Of a DNA stretch of 64,000 nucleotides, positions 39,752-51,258 are shown one piece after another. The translations under genes were made by a program, and so were the position numbers. The notes beneath the pieces are model-generated. The model made no database searches. It was not told the origin of the DNA and worked only from the letters and a program-made list of their open reading frames with translations. Each line of letters starts with the position of its first letter. The stretch's first letter is position 1. This DNA comes from an uncultured delta proteobacterium (GTDB taxonomy: Bacteria; Desulfobacterota; WTBG01; CAIYCZ01; CAIRTM01). The stretch covers positions 1 through 64,000 of the forward strand of contig CAWDSQ010000010.1 in assembly GCA_963804955.1 (NCBI GenBank). The letters are read 5' to 3'.

Positions 39752-39866
39752 AATAGAATTCAGAGGCCGGAATTCAGCATGCAAAATAAAACCGCTACAA
39801 TATTTTTTGGAATTTAATTGCTTACAAGCGATGTATCCTGCTTTTGGATTCCTGCTTCTGTATTCA
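39752..39866. repeat. Second heptamer-repeat element, inverted relative to 37986-38117
   Basis: GAATTCAGAGGCCGGAATTCAGCATG resembles the reverse complement of CATGCTGAATTCTGACTTCTGAATTC. Confidence 0.55.
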
Positions 39867-39892
39867 TTTTTCACGTTTGCAGGGAATGGTGA

Positions 39893-40841
39893 ATGAAAAA
39901 TTCAACGGTTGCTGCTACCATCATAGCTGCTGTATGTGTGCTGACGGCAGGCTTCCTGTCTCCGTTGCATGTTCGCAGGACTGGCAGGCGCTGAACCCCG
40001 GCGGCGTGCAGGAATATTCCTTTAACGCCATCAGCGGCACTGCAGACGGCACTCTGTATGCCGTTGGCAGCGGCGGCATCATATGGTGCCTGCAAAACAG
40101 CAGCTGGGCCCAGATGCCAAGCGGCACGACGGCAAACCTCAACGGCGTCTGGTGCAGCTCCGAGGGAACCGTGTATGCCGTGGGCAATGGCGGCACCATA
40201 CTGCGGCTGCAGGCCGGTATCTGGGCAGCCATGCCCAGCGGCACGACGGCAAATCTCATGGGGATTTACGGCAGCCCGGACGGCGGCGTATTTATCGTGG
40301 GCAACGGGGGCACGATACTGCGGCTGCAGGGGGCAACTGGATCCCCATGCCAAGCGGCACCTCAGCCAATCTTAATGCTGTGTGGGGCTGTGCCTGCACC
40401 GGGCTGTATGCCGTGGGCAATGGCGGCACCATACTGCGCATGAAGGGCGGGAGATGGGCCGCCATGCAGAGCGACACAAAGGCGAATCTCAAGGGAGTCT
40501 GGGGCGCCGCCGATACAGGTGTTTTTGCCGTGGGCAATGGGGGCACGATTCTCCGGCTGCAGGGGAAAACCTGGTCTCCCATGGTTGTCGGGCCGAGTAC
40601 AAATTTTTGCGCAATATGGAGCAGCGCCGATGCCGGAACTTTTGCCGTTGGCGATGGTGGCACCATTCTGTCTCTGCAGGGCGACAAATGGATTGCAATG
40701 AACACCGGCACGACGGCAAATATCAATGCCATCTGGGGCGGCCCGGAGGGCAGCGTTTTTGCCGCAGGCAATAAAGCGTTTATTCTGCGCTTGATTGAAG
40801 CACAACCATTAAATTGCAAATGCATTTTGACTGAGCAGTGA
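39893..40841 (+). CDS. Secreted beta-propeller-like repeat protein (frameshifted)
   Basis: About 7 repeats of ~39 aa, W..M.SGT.ANL..VWG....VYAVG.GGTILRL. Confidence 0.75.
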
Positions 40842-40843
40842 TT

Positions 40844-41824
40844 ATGACCACAGGTATCGGACTGCTTTCAGGCGGGCTTGACAGCATTCTTGCAGTAAAG
40901 GTGTTGCAGGAGCAGGGGATTTCAGGTGGAATGCGTGTGCTTTGTGACACCATTTTTCGGCCCGAAAAGGCCCGTCTTGCAAACCGGCAGCTGAACATAC
41001 CGCTTCATGTTGTCGATATTACCGACGCGCATCTTGCCATGCTCAAAGCCCCCCGCTACGGCTATGGCAAGAATATGAACCCGTGCATCGACTGTCACGG
41101 TCTCATGCTGCGGGAGGCAGGCGCGCTTATGGACAAACTTGGCGCGCAGTTTCTTTTCACGGGCGAAGTTCTCGGAGAGCGGCCCATGTCGCAGAACAGG
41201 AATGCGCTGCGAAGCGTGGAGAAACTCGCCGGACTTCAGGGCCGGATACTGCGGCCTTTGAGCGCGCAGCTGCTGCCGGAGACGCTACCCGAAAAGGACG
41301 GCCGTGTCGACCGCTCGCGGCTGCTCAGCATTGAGGGCCGCTCACGCAAGCCGCAGATGGAGCTTGTTGAAAAATACGGAATAAAGGAATTTCCCGAACC
41401 TGCGGGCGGCTGCCTGCTCACCGACCCGGGCTACAGCAGGCGGCTGCGCGATCTCATGCAGCGCGGCGATGATCTCTCGCGCCGCAATCTTGAGCTTCTC
41501 AAAGTGGGGCGCCACCTGCGGTTTGATGACGGCACAAAGATCATCATCGGCCGCAACGAGGGCGAAAATGAACGCATCGAGCGGCTGCGGCAGCCCGGCG
41601 ATGTCATCATCGTCATTGATAATGATATGCCCGGCGCCACCATACTCATACCGGGCGGCGGCGATGCTGCAGCCATCGGCTTTGCAGCCTCTGCCTGCGT
41701 GCGCTACAGCTCTGCAAAACTTGAACCTTCAACCCCTGTTGCCGTTACTCTGGCCGATGGAACAAAAAAAGTCCTGGAGGCAGAGGCCTGCGTGCAGGAT
41801 GAAATATCAAAGCGGCTGCTGTAA
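40844..41824 (+). CDS. ThiI/MnmA-like PP-loop tRNA thiolation-family protein
   Basis: SGGLDS, NPCIDC, TGEVLGERPMSQ, PAGGCLLT, IIGRNEGEN. Confidence 0.8.
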   Translation: MTTGIGLLSGGLDSILAVKVLQEQGISGGMRVLCDTIFRPEKARLANRQLNIPLHVVDITDAHLAMLKAPRYGYGKNMNPCIDCHGLMLREAGALMDKLGAQFLFTGEVLGERPMSQNRNALRSVEKLAGLQGRILRPLSAQLLPETLPEKDGRVDRSRLLSIEGRSRKPQMELVEKYGIKEFPEPAGGCLLTDPGYSRRLRDLMQRGDDLSRRNLELLKVGRHLRFDDGTKIIIGRNEGENERIERLRQPGDVIIVIDNDMPGATILIPGGGDAAAIGFAASACVRYSSAKLEPSTPVAVTLADGTKKVLEAEACVQDEISKRLL

Positions 41825-41945
41825 CAGTTTGTTGATAAGGTAGTGCTGAAAAAGGAAGAAATCATACCGTGCTCAGAGGTGCAGGCGCCCTGGGCGGTAC
41901 CGTGTTTTTCGGAACAATTAACAATAGGGAGGCAGTGGCAATCAT

Positions 41946-42389
41946 ATGAATCCAATGGACATGTTCAGAAAAAAATTTGAGGATTATCGCCGCATCACTG
42001 ATACTGAAGGGGAGCAGCAGGCCCATGCATTTTTAATGCAGGGCTATGCCGAGCGCCAGAAAAAAAGCCTTGGGCCCTACATTGAAAACAACTCCCTGTA
42101 TGAAGGATTCAAAAAAGCCATTCCCATTTATGCGCAGCTGGGCATGGTGATGGACGCGGTGGATACGTCCAATAAAGACATGGACTCCGTTATCGAAGTT
42201 CACCGCGTATGCCCGTTTATGGACATGGCCAAACAGTACGGCTTTGAAAGGCCCTGCACGGTTATTTGCGATCTTGATGTTGAAGCTACGATTGAGGCAT
42301 TTGAGGGATTCAGCGGCAAAACCATAGCCTGCCAGGCCGATGGCGACTGTGTCTGCATTTTTAAATATGAGCGGCCGATGAAAAAGTAA
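41946..42389 (+). CDS. V4R/ATC-hydrolase-like small protein
   Basis: CPF, C..IC..D and ACQADGD.VC.F cysteine pattern; GGAGG RBS. Confidence 0.6.
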   Translation: MNPMDMFRKKFEDYRRITDTEGEQQAHAFLMQGYAERQKKSLGPYIENNSLYEGFKKAIPIYAQLGMVMDAVDTSNKDMDSVIEVHRVCPFMDMAKQYGFERPCTVICDLDVEATIEAFEGFSGKTIACQADGDCVCIFKYERPMKK

Positions 42390-42812
42390 AGGCCGATACG
42401 TGAACACCTGCACGGGTTGCTTTTATAGGAGCGGGGAGGATGCCCCAGCAAAAGGGCCATGCCTTTTGAGTGTTGCAGTGAGCGTTTGAGCCGGATCGTA
42501 TAGAACGAAGAAGGGGCAGAGCACGTGCAGGCTTTGCCCCTTCTTTCGTTCTATTGCCAGGGTGTTTTTTTTCGGTTACATAACCTGTAGGGCATCGGCA
42601 TTGAACGCGCATATCGGATGGCATGCTTTTATTCCACAGACAGCAGGTACGCATTAAAAAGCAGCAGCGGATAATCTGTCAGTAATGCAGCCGGGCGGCG
42701 CAGCTTTTTTTACTCGCACCGGGTGATGTTTCGTGCGATATAATTATGCTTGAAACGTAAAGCCGGGCATGCGGTGGTTCCTTGTGCAGCAGAAGCAGAG
42801 AGGACAAAGGGC

Positions 42813-43436
42813 TTGGAAGAATTTTTTCTCAACATTATCAAGTCTATAAGCGGGCCGTACGGGTACGTGCTTCTTGGCGTAAGCGCTTTTTTTGAAAATG
42901 TGGTGCCGCCCATACCCGGTGATACGGTCACCGTTTTCGGCGGCTATCTTGTGGGTAGCGGGCGACTGACCCTTGCGGGCACAGTGCTTGCAACAACCGC
43001 GGGCAGCTTTGCAGGTTTTATGACCATGTATGCCGCGGGCCGGTTTTTGGGGCATGAGCTTTTAAGGCACGGGGGCAAGGTTTTTGCCCCTGCGACAATC
43101 GATAAAGTGCATGGCTGGTTTGAGCGCTACGGCGTCGGGGTGGTGCTTGCCAACCGGTTTCTCTCGGGAGCGCGCTCGGTTATTTCCATCTGTGCGGGCA
43201 TTGCACGGCTGAACTCCTGGCTTGTGGCCGGGTGCTGCCTGGTGTCATGCCTTGCCTGGAACTGGCTGCTCATCTGGGCGGGCAGCAAGGTAGGGGAAAA
43301 CTGGGGCATGATTATCGACATGCTGAAAAAGTATAATGCCGTCATGGCCGTTGCGCTGGCCCTTGGCATGTCCGTGTGGATAGCCAGAAGCATCATGCAG
43401 CGCCGCGCACAGCGAGCGCGGGAAAAAAAGTATTGA
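42813..43436 (+). CDS. DedA-family membrane protein
   Basis: ENVVPPIPGD, WFERYG and RFLSGAR motifs. Confidence 0.9.
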   Translation: MEEFFLNIIKSISGPYGYVLLGVSAFFENVVPPIPGDTVTVFGGYLVGSGRLTLAGTVLATTAGSFAGFMTMYAAGRFLGHELLRHGGKVFAPATIDKVHGWFERYGVGVVLANRFLSGARSVISICAGIARLNSWLVAGCCLVSCLAWNWLLIWAGSKVGENWGMIIDMLKKYNAVMAVALALGMSVWIARSIMQRRAQRAREKKY

Positions 43437-43478
43437 AGATTTTGACCGCTTCGGTATTATAGATAATTGGAATTTTGC

Positions 43479-43552
43479 TCGGGGATCGTCCAACGGCAGG
43501 ACTCGGGAATTTGGATCCCGCTACGAAGGTTCGAATCCTTCTCCCCGAGCCA
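43479..43552 (+). tRNA. tRNA-Gln(UUG)
   Basis: Cloverleaf TCGGGGA/TCCCCGA acceptor, GTCC/GGAC D-arm, CGGGA-ATTTGGA-TCCCG anticodon arm, GGTTCGAATCC T-loop, encoded CCA. Confidence 0.95.
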
Positions 43553-43796
43553 TTTTTTTAAAAAAGCGCTGTGCGGTTTACGTGCCCGCTCCGGCGGGGC
43601 GCATTTTCTGACATCTCTGTGGCCGGGCGGCAAGTCAAAAAACACCTTGTAGGCGAGGTGAAAGTCACTGACCGGGCAGAGAATACAGCGCATGAAAAAG
43701 GCCATGTTTGCCGGGAGACGGCGACCACCCGTGACGGCTTCTCACGTCAAAGGTGAAGAGCTTTGCTCTCTGTGGTGAATTTTTACGAGGTTGTTT

Positions 43797-44087
43797 ATGA
43801 AGATTACAATAAAGGACGCGGCACATGTGGCAGGTCTTGCGCGCCTTCGGTTTAAAGATGATGAGCTGGAGGCTATGACCGCCCAGCTCAACAGCATACT
43901 GGAGTCTTTTGACAGGCTGCAGGCTGTCGATACGACAGGCATCCAGCCCTCGACGCATGCCGTTGACGTGAGCAATGCCTTTCGCGACGACGAGGTCCGG
44001 ACCTCTCTTGCTCCCGCAACAGCCCTTGCCAATGCACCCGAGGCCGAAGAGGGCTGCTTTAAAGTGCCCCGTATTATCGAGGTGTAA
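43797..44087 (+). CDS. gatC: Asp/Glu-tRNA amidotransferase subunit C
   Basis: HVAGLARL, FRDD, ALANAP, FKVPRII. Confidence 0.95.
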   Translation: MKITIKDAAHVAGLARLRFKDDELEAMTAQLNSILESFDRLQAVDTTGIQPSTHAVDVSNAFRDDEVRTSLAPATALANAPEAEEGCFKVPRIIEV

Positions 44088-44092
44088 GCGCC

Positions 44093-45562
44093 ATGGCTCC
44101 TGAACTCTATCACTCTTACCATACATGAATTAAGCGCGCTTCTGCAGGCGCGCACGGTGAGCGCCGTCGAGGCCGCAGAATCGGTCATTTCCCGCATCGA
44201 GGCGGTTGACGGCCGGGTGCATGCCTATATCAGCCCCACCTTTGACCTGGCCCGCAGCCAGGCGCAGGCCGCTGACGAGCGTATTGCCCGCGGAGAGGCA
44301 GGGCCCCTCACCGGCGTGCCCCTTGCCATAAAAGATATACTCTGCACTGAGGGCATCCGCACTACCTGCGGCTCGCGGATTTTAGAAAATTTCGTGCCGC
44401 CCTATGATGCCACGGTCATCTCCAGGCTCAAGGCCTGCGGCGCGGTATTTACCGGCAAGACCAGCATGGACGAGTTTGCCATGGGCTCGTCAAATGAAAC
44501 AGCCTGTTTCGGCGCGGTGCATAATCCCTGGGATCTCGACCGGGTGCCCGGCGGCTCAAGCGGCGGGTCGGCGGCAGCAGTGGCAGCAGACGAATGCATC
44601 GCAGCCCTTGGCACAGACACGGGCGGCTCCATCAGGCAGCCCGCTTCCCTGTGCGGCGTTGTGGGATTAAAGCCCACATATGGCCGGGTGTCGCGGTTCG
44701 GGCTTATCGCTTTTGCATCATCTCTTGATCAGGTCGGCCCCATCACCAAGGATGTTGAGGACGCGGCCATACTGCTTTCCTGCATCAGCGGCCATGATCC
44801 CAAAGACTCCACCTCTATCAAGCGCGAGGTTCCCGACTACGCGCAAGCGCTCAAAAAAGATGTGAACGGGCCTGCGCCTGGGTATCCCGAAAGAATATTT
44901 TATTGAAGGGCTTGACCCGCAGGTCGAGAAAGCCGTGCGCGATGCCATTGACCTTCTCAAAGCCCAGGGCGCTGAAATTGTGGAGGTGAGCCTGCCGCAC
45001 ACCGACTATGCCGTGGCGGTCTATTACCTGATCGCCCCTGCCGAGGCCTGCTCAAACCTTGCGCGCTACGATGGCGTGAAATACGGCTATCGCAGCTCCC
45101 AGCCCGGCAACCCTTCTGGAGATGTATGAACAGAGCCGCTCCGAGGGCTTCGGCCCTGAGGTAAAACGGCGCATCATGCTCGGCACCTACGCTCTTTCGG
45201 CAGGCTATTATGATGCGTATTACAAAAAAGCCTCGCAGGTGCGCACGCTCATCAGGCGGGATTTTACGGAAGCTTTTAAGGCCTGCGATCTGATCGTGAC
45301 GCCAACGGCTCCGGCGCCCGCTTTCAAGCTGGGCGAGAAGCTGAGCGATCCTTTAAGCATGTATCTTTCCGATATTTTCACCATACCCGCAAACCTTGCC
45401 GGCCTGCCGGGCATATCTCTGCCCTGCGGTTTTTCAGGCGGCGGGCTGCCCATCGGCCTGCAGATTATCGGCAACCTGTTTGCCGAAGAACAGGTGCTCC
45501 ACTGCGCCTACTGCTACGAACAGAGCACGCAGTGGCACCGCAGGAAACCGTCACTTGCTTGA
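44093..45562 (+). CDS. gatA: Asp/Glu-tRNA amidotransferase subunit A (about 3 frameshifts)
   Basis: [47 protein letters not shown]. Confidence 0.95.
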
Positions 45563-45575
45563 CAGGCTTTGCACC

Positions 45576-47269
45576 ATGCTCCACCACCTGCCACGGGCAG
45601 CTTGTGCCGCGGCGCTGTGCCTTGCTGTGCGCTTCGGCTGCTTTTGCCGCCGCCGGGCAAAATCGCCTGACCGATATCCGCTACTGGACCTCGCCGACCT
45701 ATACCCGCCTGGTGTTTGATCTCAAGACCGAAACCACCTGGGAGACGCAGGAGCTGAAGGACTCCAATCGCCTGGTGGTCGAGCTGGACGGTTTTGACGG
45801 CTTTATGCCCAAAGAGCTGCTTGAGATAAACGACGGCATTATAAAAAAGGTTCGGACCCTGCAGAGTAGCGGCAAAGTGCGGATTTTGATCGAGCTTGAA
45901 AAGCCTGCCGAGCATAAGATTTTTGCCCTGAAAAAAATTGATGAAAAGCCCCCGCGCCTGGTCATTGATGTGACGCGCGCCGATCTTGAGCAGGCAGCCC
46001 GCGTGCAGCGCGAGGAAACGCGCAAGCAGAAAAAGAAGGGCGATTATATCGTTGTGATCGATCCGGGCCATGGCGGCGAAGACCCCGGCGCGGTCAGCCC
46101 GAACGGCACCTATGAAAAAAACCTGGTGCTGTCCATCGGCAGACAGCTTGCAGCAAAGCTTGCGGCAATGCCCGGCATCAAAGCCTATCTGACCCGCAGG
46201 GGCGATTATTTCATACCCGCTTGGCAAACGCATCGAGATCGCCAAGGAATACGGCGCCGATTTGTTTCTGAGCGTTCATGTCAATGCGGGCTTCAGCACC
46301 AAAGCCGCCGGCAGCTCTGTGTATTGCCTCTCTTTCAAGGGCGCATCAAACAATGTCGCCCGCGTGGCCGAGGAGCGCGAGAACGCCTCAGACAGCATCG
46401 GCGGCGTGCCCCTTGAGCAGCAGAAATCAAACCTCAATGTGATACTGTGCGATCTGGTGCAGACCCATACCATCAATTCCAGCGTGCAGCTTGCCGGTCT
46501 GCTGCTTGACGATGTGGGAAAATTCAACAAGCTTTATCTGGACTCACCGCAGGAGGCCAATTTTGCCGTGCTCCGGGCCCCCGACATTCCGTCTGTGCTT
46601 ATCGAGACCGATTTTATCAGCAGCCCCGACCGCGAGAAGATGCTCAAAAGCAGGGATTTTCAGAACCGCTTTGCCGAGACTGTGGCCGGCACCGTCGCTG
46701 CATACCTTGCAGCACGGCCGCAGCCGGATGCAGCACCGGCTGCAAAAGCATGCAAAAAGCCAGCGCGCCGTCGCAGCCTGCAACGGCACAAGCAGTCCAG
46801 CCGCAGGACTTGGAAAAAAGTGCGGGGCAGAAGCAGTTGCGAGCTGAAAAACAAACTCCTTCTGCAAAGCCAGCCAGGGCTTCACCGCTGCAGGCGCCGC
46901 CTGGCGGCAAGTACCGAATTGTGAAGAAAAGCGACACCGAGTATGCCCTGGTGCCGGTTGCCGAGCCGCAGGCAGAGTGTTCAGTCAAAGCCATCGATGC
47001 AGCCGCGCCCGCAGCACCTGCAAAGCCGCAGGCAAAAGCAAAAGGCAGGCGCACCAAAGCTGCAGGCAAAAACAAAGCCCGAGTCTCCTGCGCCCGCCAC
47101 CGCGGTTATCTGGCATGTCGTAAAAAAAGGTGAAAATCTTTCATCCATTGCGCAGAAGTACCAGATGCCGCTTAAGGAGCTGTGCCGTCAGAACGGCTTG
47201 CCGCTCACGACAAAGGTTGAGGCCGGCGTGAAGCTCAAAATCATGAAACAGAAATCGCAGCAGCGCTGA
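45576..47269 (+). CDS. N-acetylmuramoyl-L-alanine amidase (AMIN + Amidase_3 + LysM; frameshifted)
   Basis: TRLVFDL, IDPGHGGEDPGA, FLSVHVN, PSVLIE; terminal HVVKKGENLSSIAQKY LysM. Confidence 0.9.
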
Positions 47270-47276
47270 GAGGGTG

Positions 47277-47932
47277 ATGGCACATACGGGCAGTTGTTTT
47301 CGATCTTGACGGCACGCTGCTTGATACGCTTGACGATATTGCCTGCGCCATGAACAGGGTGCTTGCGGGCCGCGGCCTTGCGGAATATCCTGTAAGCGAC
47401 TATCGCTGGTTTGTGGGGGACGGCGCAGAGGTTCTGGTGCGCAGAACGCTGTCCGGGCACGCCGCCGGCGAAGAGATGATCAGGCAGTGCCTTGCCGAGT
47501 TCAAGTCGGCATATTCTGAAAGCTGGAATGTTCTGACAAAGCCCTATCCCGGCATACCCGAACTGCTTGATGCTCTGGGAACAAGAGGGTTTGCCGATGG
47601 CGGTTCTTTCAAATAAACCCCATGAGTTAACGGTCCGCTGCGTAGAGGCCTTTCTGCCCCGGTGGCGCTTTGCTGCGGTTCTGGGCGAGCAGCCCGGCAG
47701 GCTCCGCAAACCTGATCCTGCCGGCGCATTTGAAGCTGCCGGACTTTTGGATGTGCCGCCGCGGGATATTGTCTATCTTGGCGATACGGCTACCGATATG
47801 CAGACCGCAATTGCTGCGGGCATGCTGCCGGTGGGTGCGCTGTGGGGGTTCAGGCCCGCGGCCGAGCTGCTTGAAAACGGCGCACGGCATCTCATTGAAA
47901 CGCCGTCCGGTCTGATGGATCTGCTGGGCTAA
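47277..47932 (+). CDS. HAD-family hydrolase (phosphoglycolate phosphatase-like; frameshift ~47580)
   Basis: FDLDGTL, LSNK, KPDP, GDTATD. Confidence 0.9.
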
Positions 47933-48237
47933 AAAATTATTGAAATTGACAGGCCCTGGTTCTGGGACGAGCAGAATAGAGAAAGAGAGCTTGACTGCAC
48001 GGTGATCAGGGGCAAGCAAAATTGTGACAAAGACTAAAGACAAACAGTGCCGTAAGGCTACAACGCAGGCAAGGCGCAGGCATACGGCCGCACAAAAAAG
48101 ATGGAGGGGAAATTGAGCCGCTGGCTCCGGATGGAAAACCGATTATGGACTCTCCCTATCAGGAACAGGGTTGCATTCGCCACTGCTTGATCGTTAAAAT
48201 TTTTAAATGCGAACTATAATCCTGAAAAAATGAACCA

Positions 48238-48939
48238 TCAATCAATAAAGCGGAACTTGAGCAGCGTCCAAATCGCTACATACCCGTCCCACCAGGTAAT
48301 CTTCTTGCCCTCTTCAATGCTGCGTGGATTGTAATAGATCGGCACTTCTTTGATGGTATATCCTGCCTTCAATACCTTGGCCGTAATCTCCGGACAAAAC
48401 TCAAAGCGCTTCGCCTGCAACTCGACGCCCCGCAGGACATCGCGCGCGAATACCTTATAGGCGGTAGCTTCATCCGTAATTCTTGAACCAAATAAAACAT
48501 TTACGGTTGTGCGGAGAATCATATTCGCAAGCCAGTTGGAAAATCGCATGCCGGAGATTCTGGTTTCTTTCATAAATCTTGAACCATATACGACGCGCGC
48601 CTCTCCGCGTATAATCGGCGCCAATAAAGCCGGATAATCATTGGGGTCGTATTCCAAATCACCGTCCTGCACGAGCACGATATCACCCGTGACATACGTC
48701 AAGCCAATCCTTATGGCCGTTCCTTTCCCGAAATTGATCCGCGACGAATGTATCACCATCGTAGAATCATCGCTATAGTTCATAAGTTTATTCTGGGTTC
48801 CATCACTTGAGCCGTCGTCGACAATAATAAGCTCTCTGCTCGTGATCGCATCAGGAAGCACAACGCTTTGAATGCGCGTGATGACCTCATCAATATGGGC
48901 GGACTCATTGTACACCGGCATTACAATGCTTAATTTCAT
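48238..48939 (-). CDS. GT2 glycosyltransferase (polyprenol-phosphate sugar synthase-like)
   Basis: PVYNE, VDDGSSDGT, GKG, QDGDLEYDP, GSRF. Confidence 0.9.
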   Translation of the reverse strand: MKLSIVMPVYNESAHIDEVITRIQSVVLPDAITSRELIIVDDGSSDGTQNKLMNYSDDSTMVIHSSRINFGKGTAIRIGLTYVTGDIVLVQDGDLEYDPNDYPALLAPIIRGEARVVYGSRFMKETRISGMRFSNWLANMILRTTVNVLFGSRITDEATAYKVFARDVLRGVELQAKRFEFCPEITAKVLKAGYTIKEVPIYYNPRSIEEGKKITWWDGYVAIWTLLKFRFID

Positions 48940-49328
48940 AATACTAATTTCGCCCTTTCACCATTCTGGAATTCATGAAACGCTCAAGCAAACCAGCAGG
49001 CAGATCAAACGGAAAACTGTCAAGGGGAGGCATGCCCTCATCCTCCCGGACAGAACCAGCGTCTGTAGAGTTTATTTTAAAGCCATTACCCAAAACAAAT
49101 CAAGCTGATTGATACGAACTCGCTTTAGGGTGGTACAAATATAGGACGATGGCGATTATGTGTCAATAAAAAGCAGCCGCACACTATAAACAGGGATTGT
49201 CCGTGAAGAAAGCGGTGGGGCTATTAAACAGTGGCGACATGCTGCAACGTATATTACCCAAGCCAATATGTGATAAATTTATCCTGACCGCGAGTCCAGC
49301 TAATATCGCGTAATGTTGTCTTTTGTAA

Positions 49329-49367
49329 AAAAGGCCTAACCGCTGTATGCAGCAGTTAGGCCCTTTT
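49329..49367 (-). terminator. Intrinsic terminator after the TSP3-repeat gene
   Basis: AAAAGGCCTAAC.GCTG..CAGC.GTTAGG.CCTTTT with A/T flanks. Confidence 0.6.
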
Positions 49368-49491
49368 GATACCTCACAGGCTTAACACTATCTCTGACGT
49401 CTTATTGTAACGCACCTACGTTCTACGTTTCATCTAATCCTCGAAAACAGGAGGCTCCCCACTCTGAGGCGGGCTGTCCATCTCCACCACA

Positions 49492-51258
49492 TCAGGGCGT
49501 TGTATCGCACACATCGCCTATGCCGTCGCCATCAGCGTCAAGCTGAAGGGGATTGGGTGTTATCCAGCAGTTGTCAGCGGCATCTGCAATACCGTCTCCG
49601 TCCGAATCTACCTGGTTCTCACAGACGGGTTGCCCAATGCCGCCACAGAACGGTATTGAATCGCACACATCGCCTATGCCGTCGCCATCAGCGTCAAGCT
49701 GAAGAGGATTGGAAGTTATCCAGCAGTTATCAGCGGCATCTGCAATACCGTCTCCGTCCGAATCAACCTGGTTCTCACAGGCAGGTTGCCCAATACCGCC
49801 GCAGCCGGGATCTCCGTCGCATACATCACCTATGCCGTCGCTATCGGCGTCGAGCTGAAGGGAATTGGCCGTTATCCAGCAGTTATCAGCGGCATCTGCA
49901 ATACCGTCACTGTCCGAATCCAGCTGGTTCTCACAGGCAGGTTGCCCAATGCCGCCGCAGCCGGGGTCTGTGTCGCATACATCACCTATGCCGTCTCCAT
50001 CGGCGTCGAGCTGAAGGGAATTGGCCGTTATCCAGCAGTTATCAGCGGCATCTGCAATACCGTCACTGTCCGAATCCAGCTGGTTCTCACAGACGGGTTG
50101 CCCAATACCGCCGCAGCCGGGGTCTGTGTCGCATACATCGCCTATGCCGTCGCTATCGGCGTCGAGCTGAAGGGAATTGGCAGTTATCCAGCAGTTATCA
50201 GCGGCATCTGCAATACTGTCATTGTCAGAATCAACCTGGTTCTCACAGACGGCCTGACCAATGCCGCCGCAGAAGGGTGTTGAATCGCACACATCGCCTG
50301 AGCCGTCATAATCAGCGTCAAGCTGAAGGGGATTGTAAGTGAAAGGGCAGTTATCAACGGCATCCCAAACAAGGTCATCATCCGAATCTATTATGAAGAC
50401 ATCACAGACGGGTTGTTCGATGCCGCCGCAGCCGGGGTCTGCATCGCACAAATCGCCTAAGCCGTCGCCATCAGCGTCAAGCTGATAGGGGTTGGAAGTG
50501 TACGGGCAATTATCAATGTCCTCTCGCAAACCGTCTCCGTCCGTATCAATCTGGTTCTCACATTTGGTCAGCCCGCAGCCGAGGCCACAGCCGGGTGTTG
50601 AATCGCACACATCGCCTATACCGTCGCCATCAGCGTCAAACTGCTTGCGATTGGCAGTGTACAGGCAGTTATCATAAAAATCAGAATAGCCGTCTCCATC
50701 CGTATCAATCTGGTTCTCACAGACAGGCATACCGCAGCCCCCGCAGCCAGGGCCTGCTGTGTCGCACACATCGCCTATACCGTCGCCATCAGCGTCAAGC
50801 TGAAGGGGATTGGCCGTTATCCAGCAGTTATCAGCGGCATCTGCAATACCGTCATGGTCAGAATCAACCTGGTTCTCACAGGCGGGTTGTCCAAGGCCGC
50901 CACAGCCGGGTGTTGAATCGCACACATCGCCTATGCCGTCGCCATCAGCGTCAATCTGAAAGCGATTGGCAGTGAACATGCAGTTATCCAATGCATCAGC
51001 ATAGCCGTCATTGTCAGAATCAACCTGGTTCTCACAGACGGGCAGCCCGGGGACCCCGCAGCCGGCTGGGGGGTCGCATACATCACCTCTGCCGTCGCCA
51101 TCAGCGTCAAGCTGAAGGGGATTGAAAGTGAGCGGGCAGTTATCAGCGGCATCTAAAACGCCGTCACTATCTGTATCAATCGGCGTCTGTGCCCCCAAGG
51201 GCCGAGCAAAGCACATTACTGCCAAAACAACCAAAAGAAATACTGCGTTTTTTTTCAT
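49492..51258 (-). CDS. Secreted thrombospondin type-3-like repeat protein
   Basis: Signal peptide plus about 11 tandem ~52-aa units [41 protein letters not shown]. Confidence 0.9.
   Translation of the reverse strand: MKKNAVFLLVVLAVMCFARPLGAQTPIDTDSDGVLDAADNCPLTFNPLQLDADGDGRGDVCDPPAGCGVPGLPVCENQVDSDNDGYADALDNCMFTANRFQIDADGDGIGDVCDSTPGCGGLGQPACENQVDSDHDGIADAADNCWITANPLQLDADGDGIGDVCDTAGPGCGGCGMPVCENQIDTDGDGYSDFYDNCLYTANRKQFDADGDGIGDVCDSTPGCGLGCGLTKCENQIDTDGDGLREDIDNCPYTSNPYQLDADGDGLGDLCDADPGCGGIEQPVCDVFIIDSDDDLVWDAVDNCPFTYNPLQLDADYDGSGDVCDSTPFCGGIGQAVCENQVDSDNDSIADAADNCWITANSLQLDADSDGIGDVCDTDPGCGGIGQPVCENQLDSDSDGIADAADNCWITANSLQLDADGDGIGDVCDTDPGCGGIGQPACENQLDSDSDGIADAADNCWITANSLQLDADSDGIGDVCDGDPGCGGIGQPACENQVDSDGDGIADAADNCWITSNPLQLDADGDGIGDVCDSIPFCGGIGQPVCENQVDSDGDGIADAADNCWITPNPLQLDADGDGIGDVCDTTP

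Noticed and set aside
43479..43800. Prophage or island integration at tRNA-Gln
   Set aside because: No integrase and no duplicated tRNA 3' end seen in the window.
49492..49494. Selenocysteine read-through at the TGA of the TSP3-repeat gene
   Set aside because: The TGA aligns with G/F, not Cys, in the other repeats, and the downstream frame degenerates and stops soon after.
49492..51200. Regular ~156-bp repeats as a CRISPR array
   Set aside because: In-frame coding repeats with no unique spacers and no cas genes.
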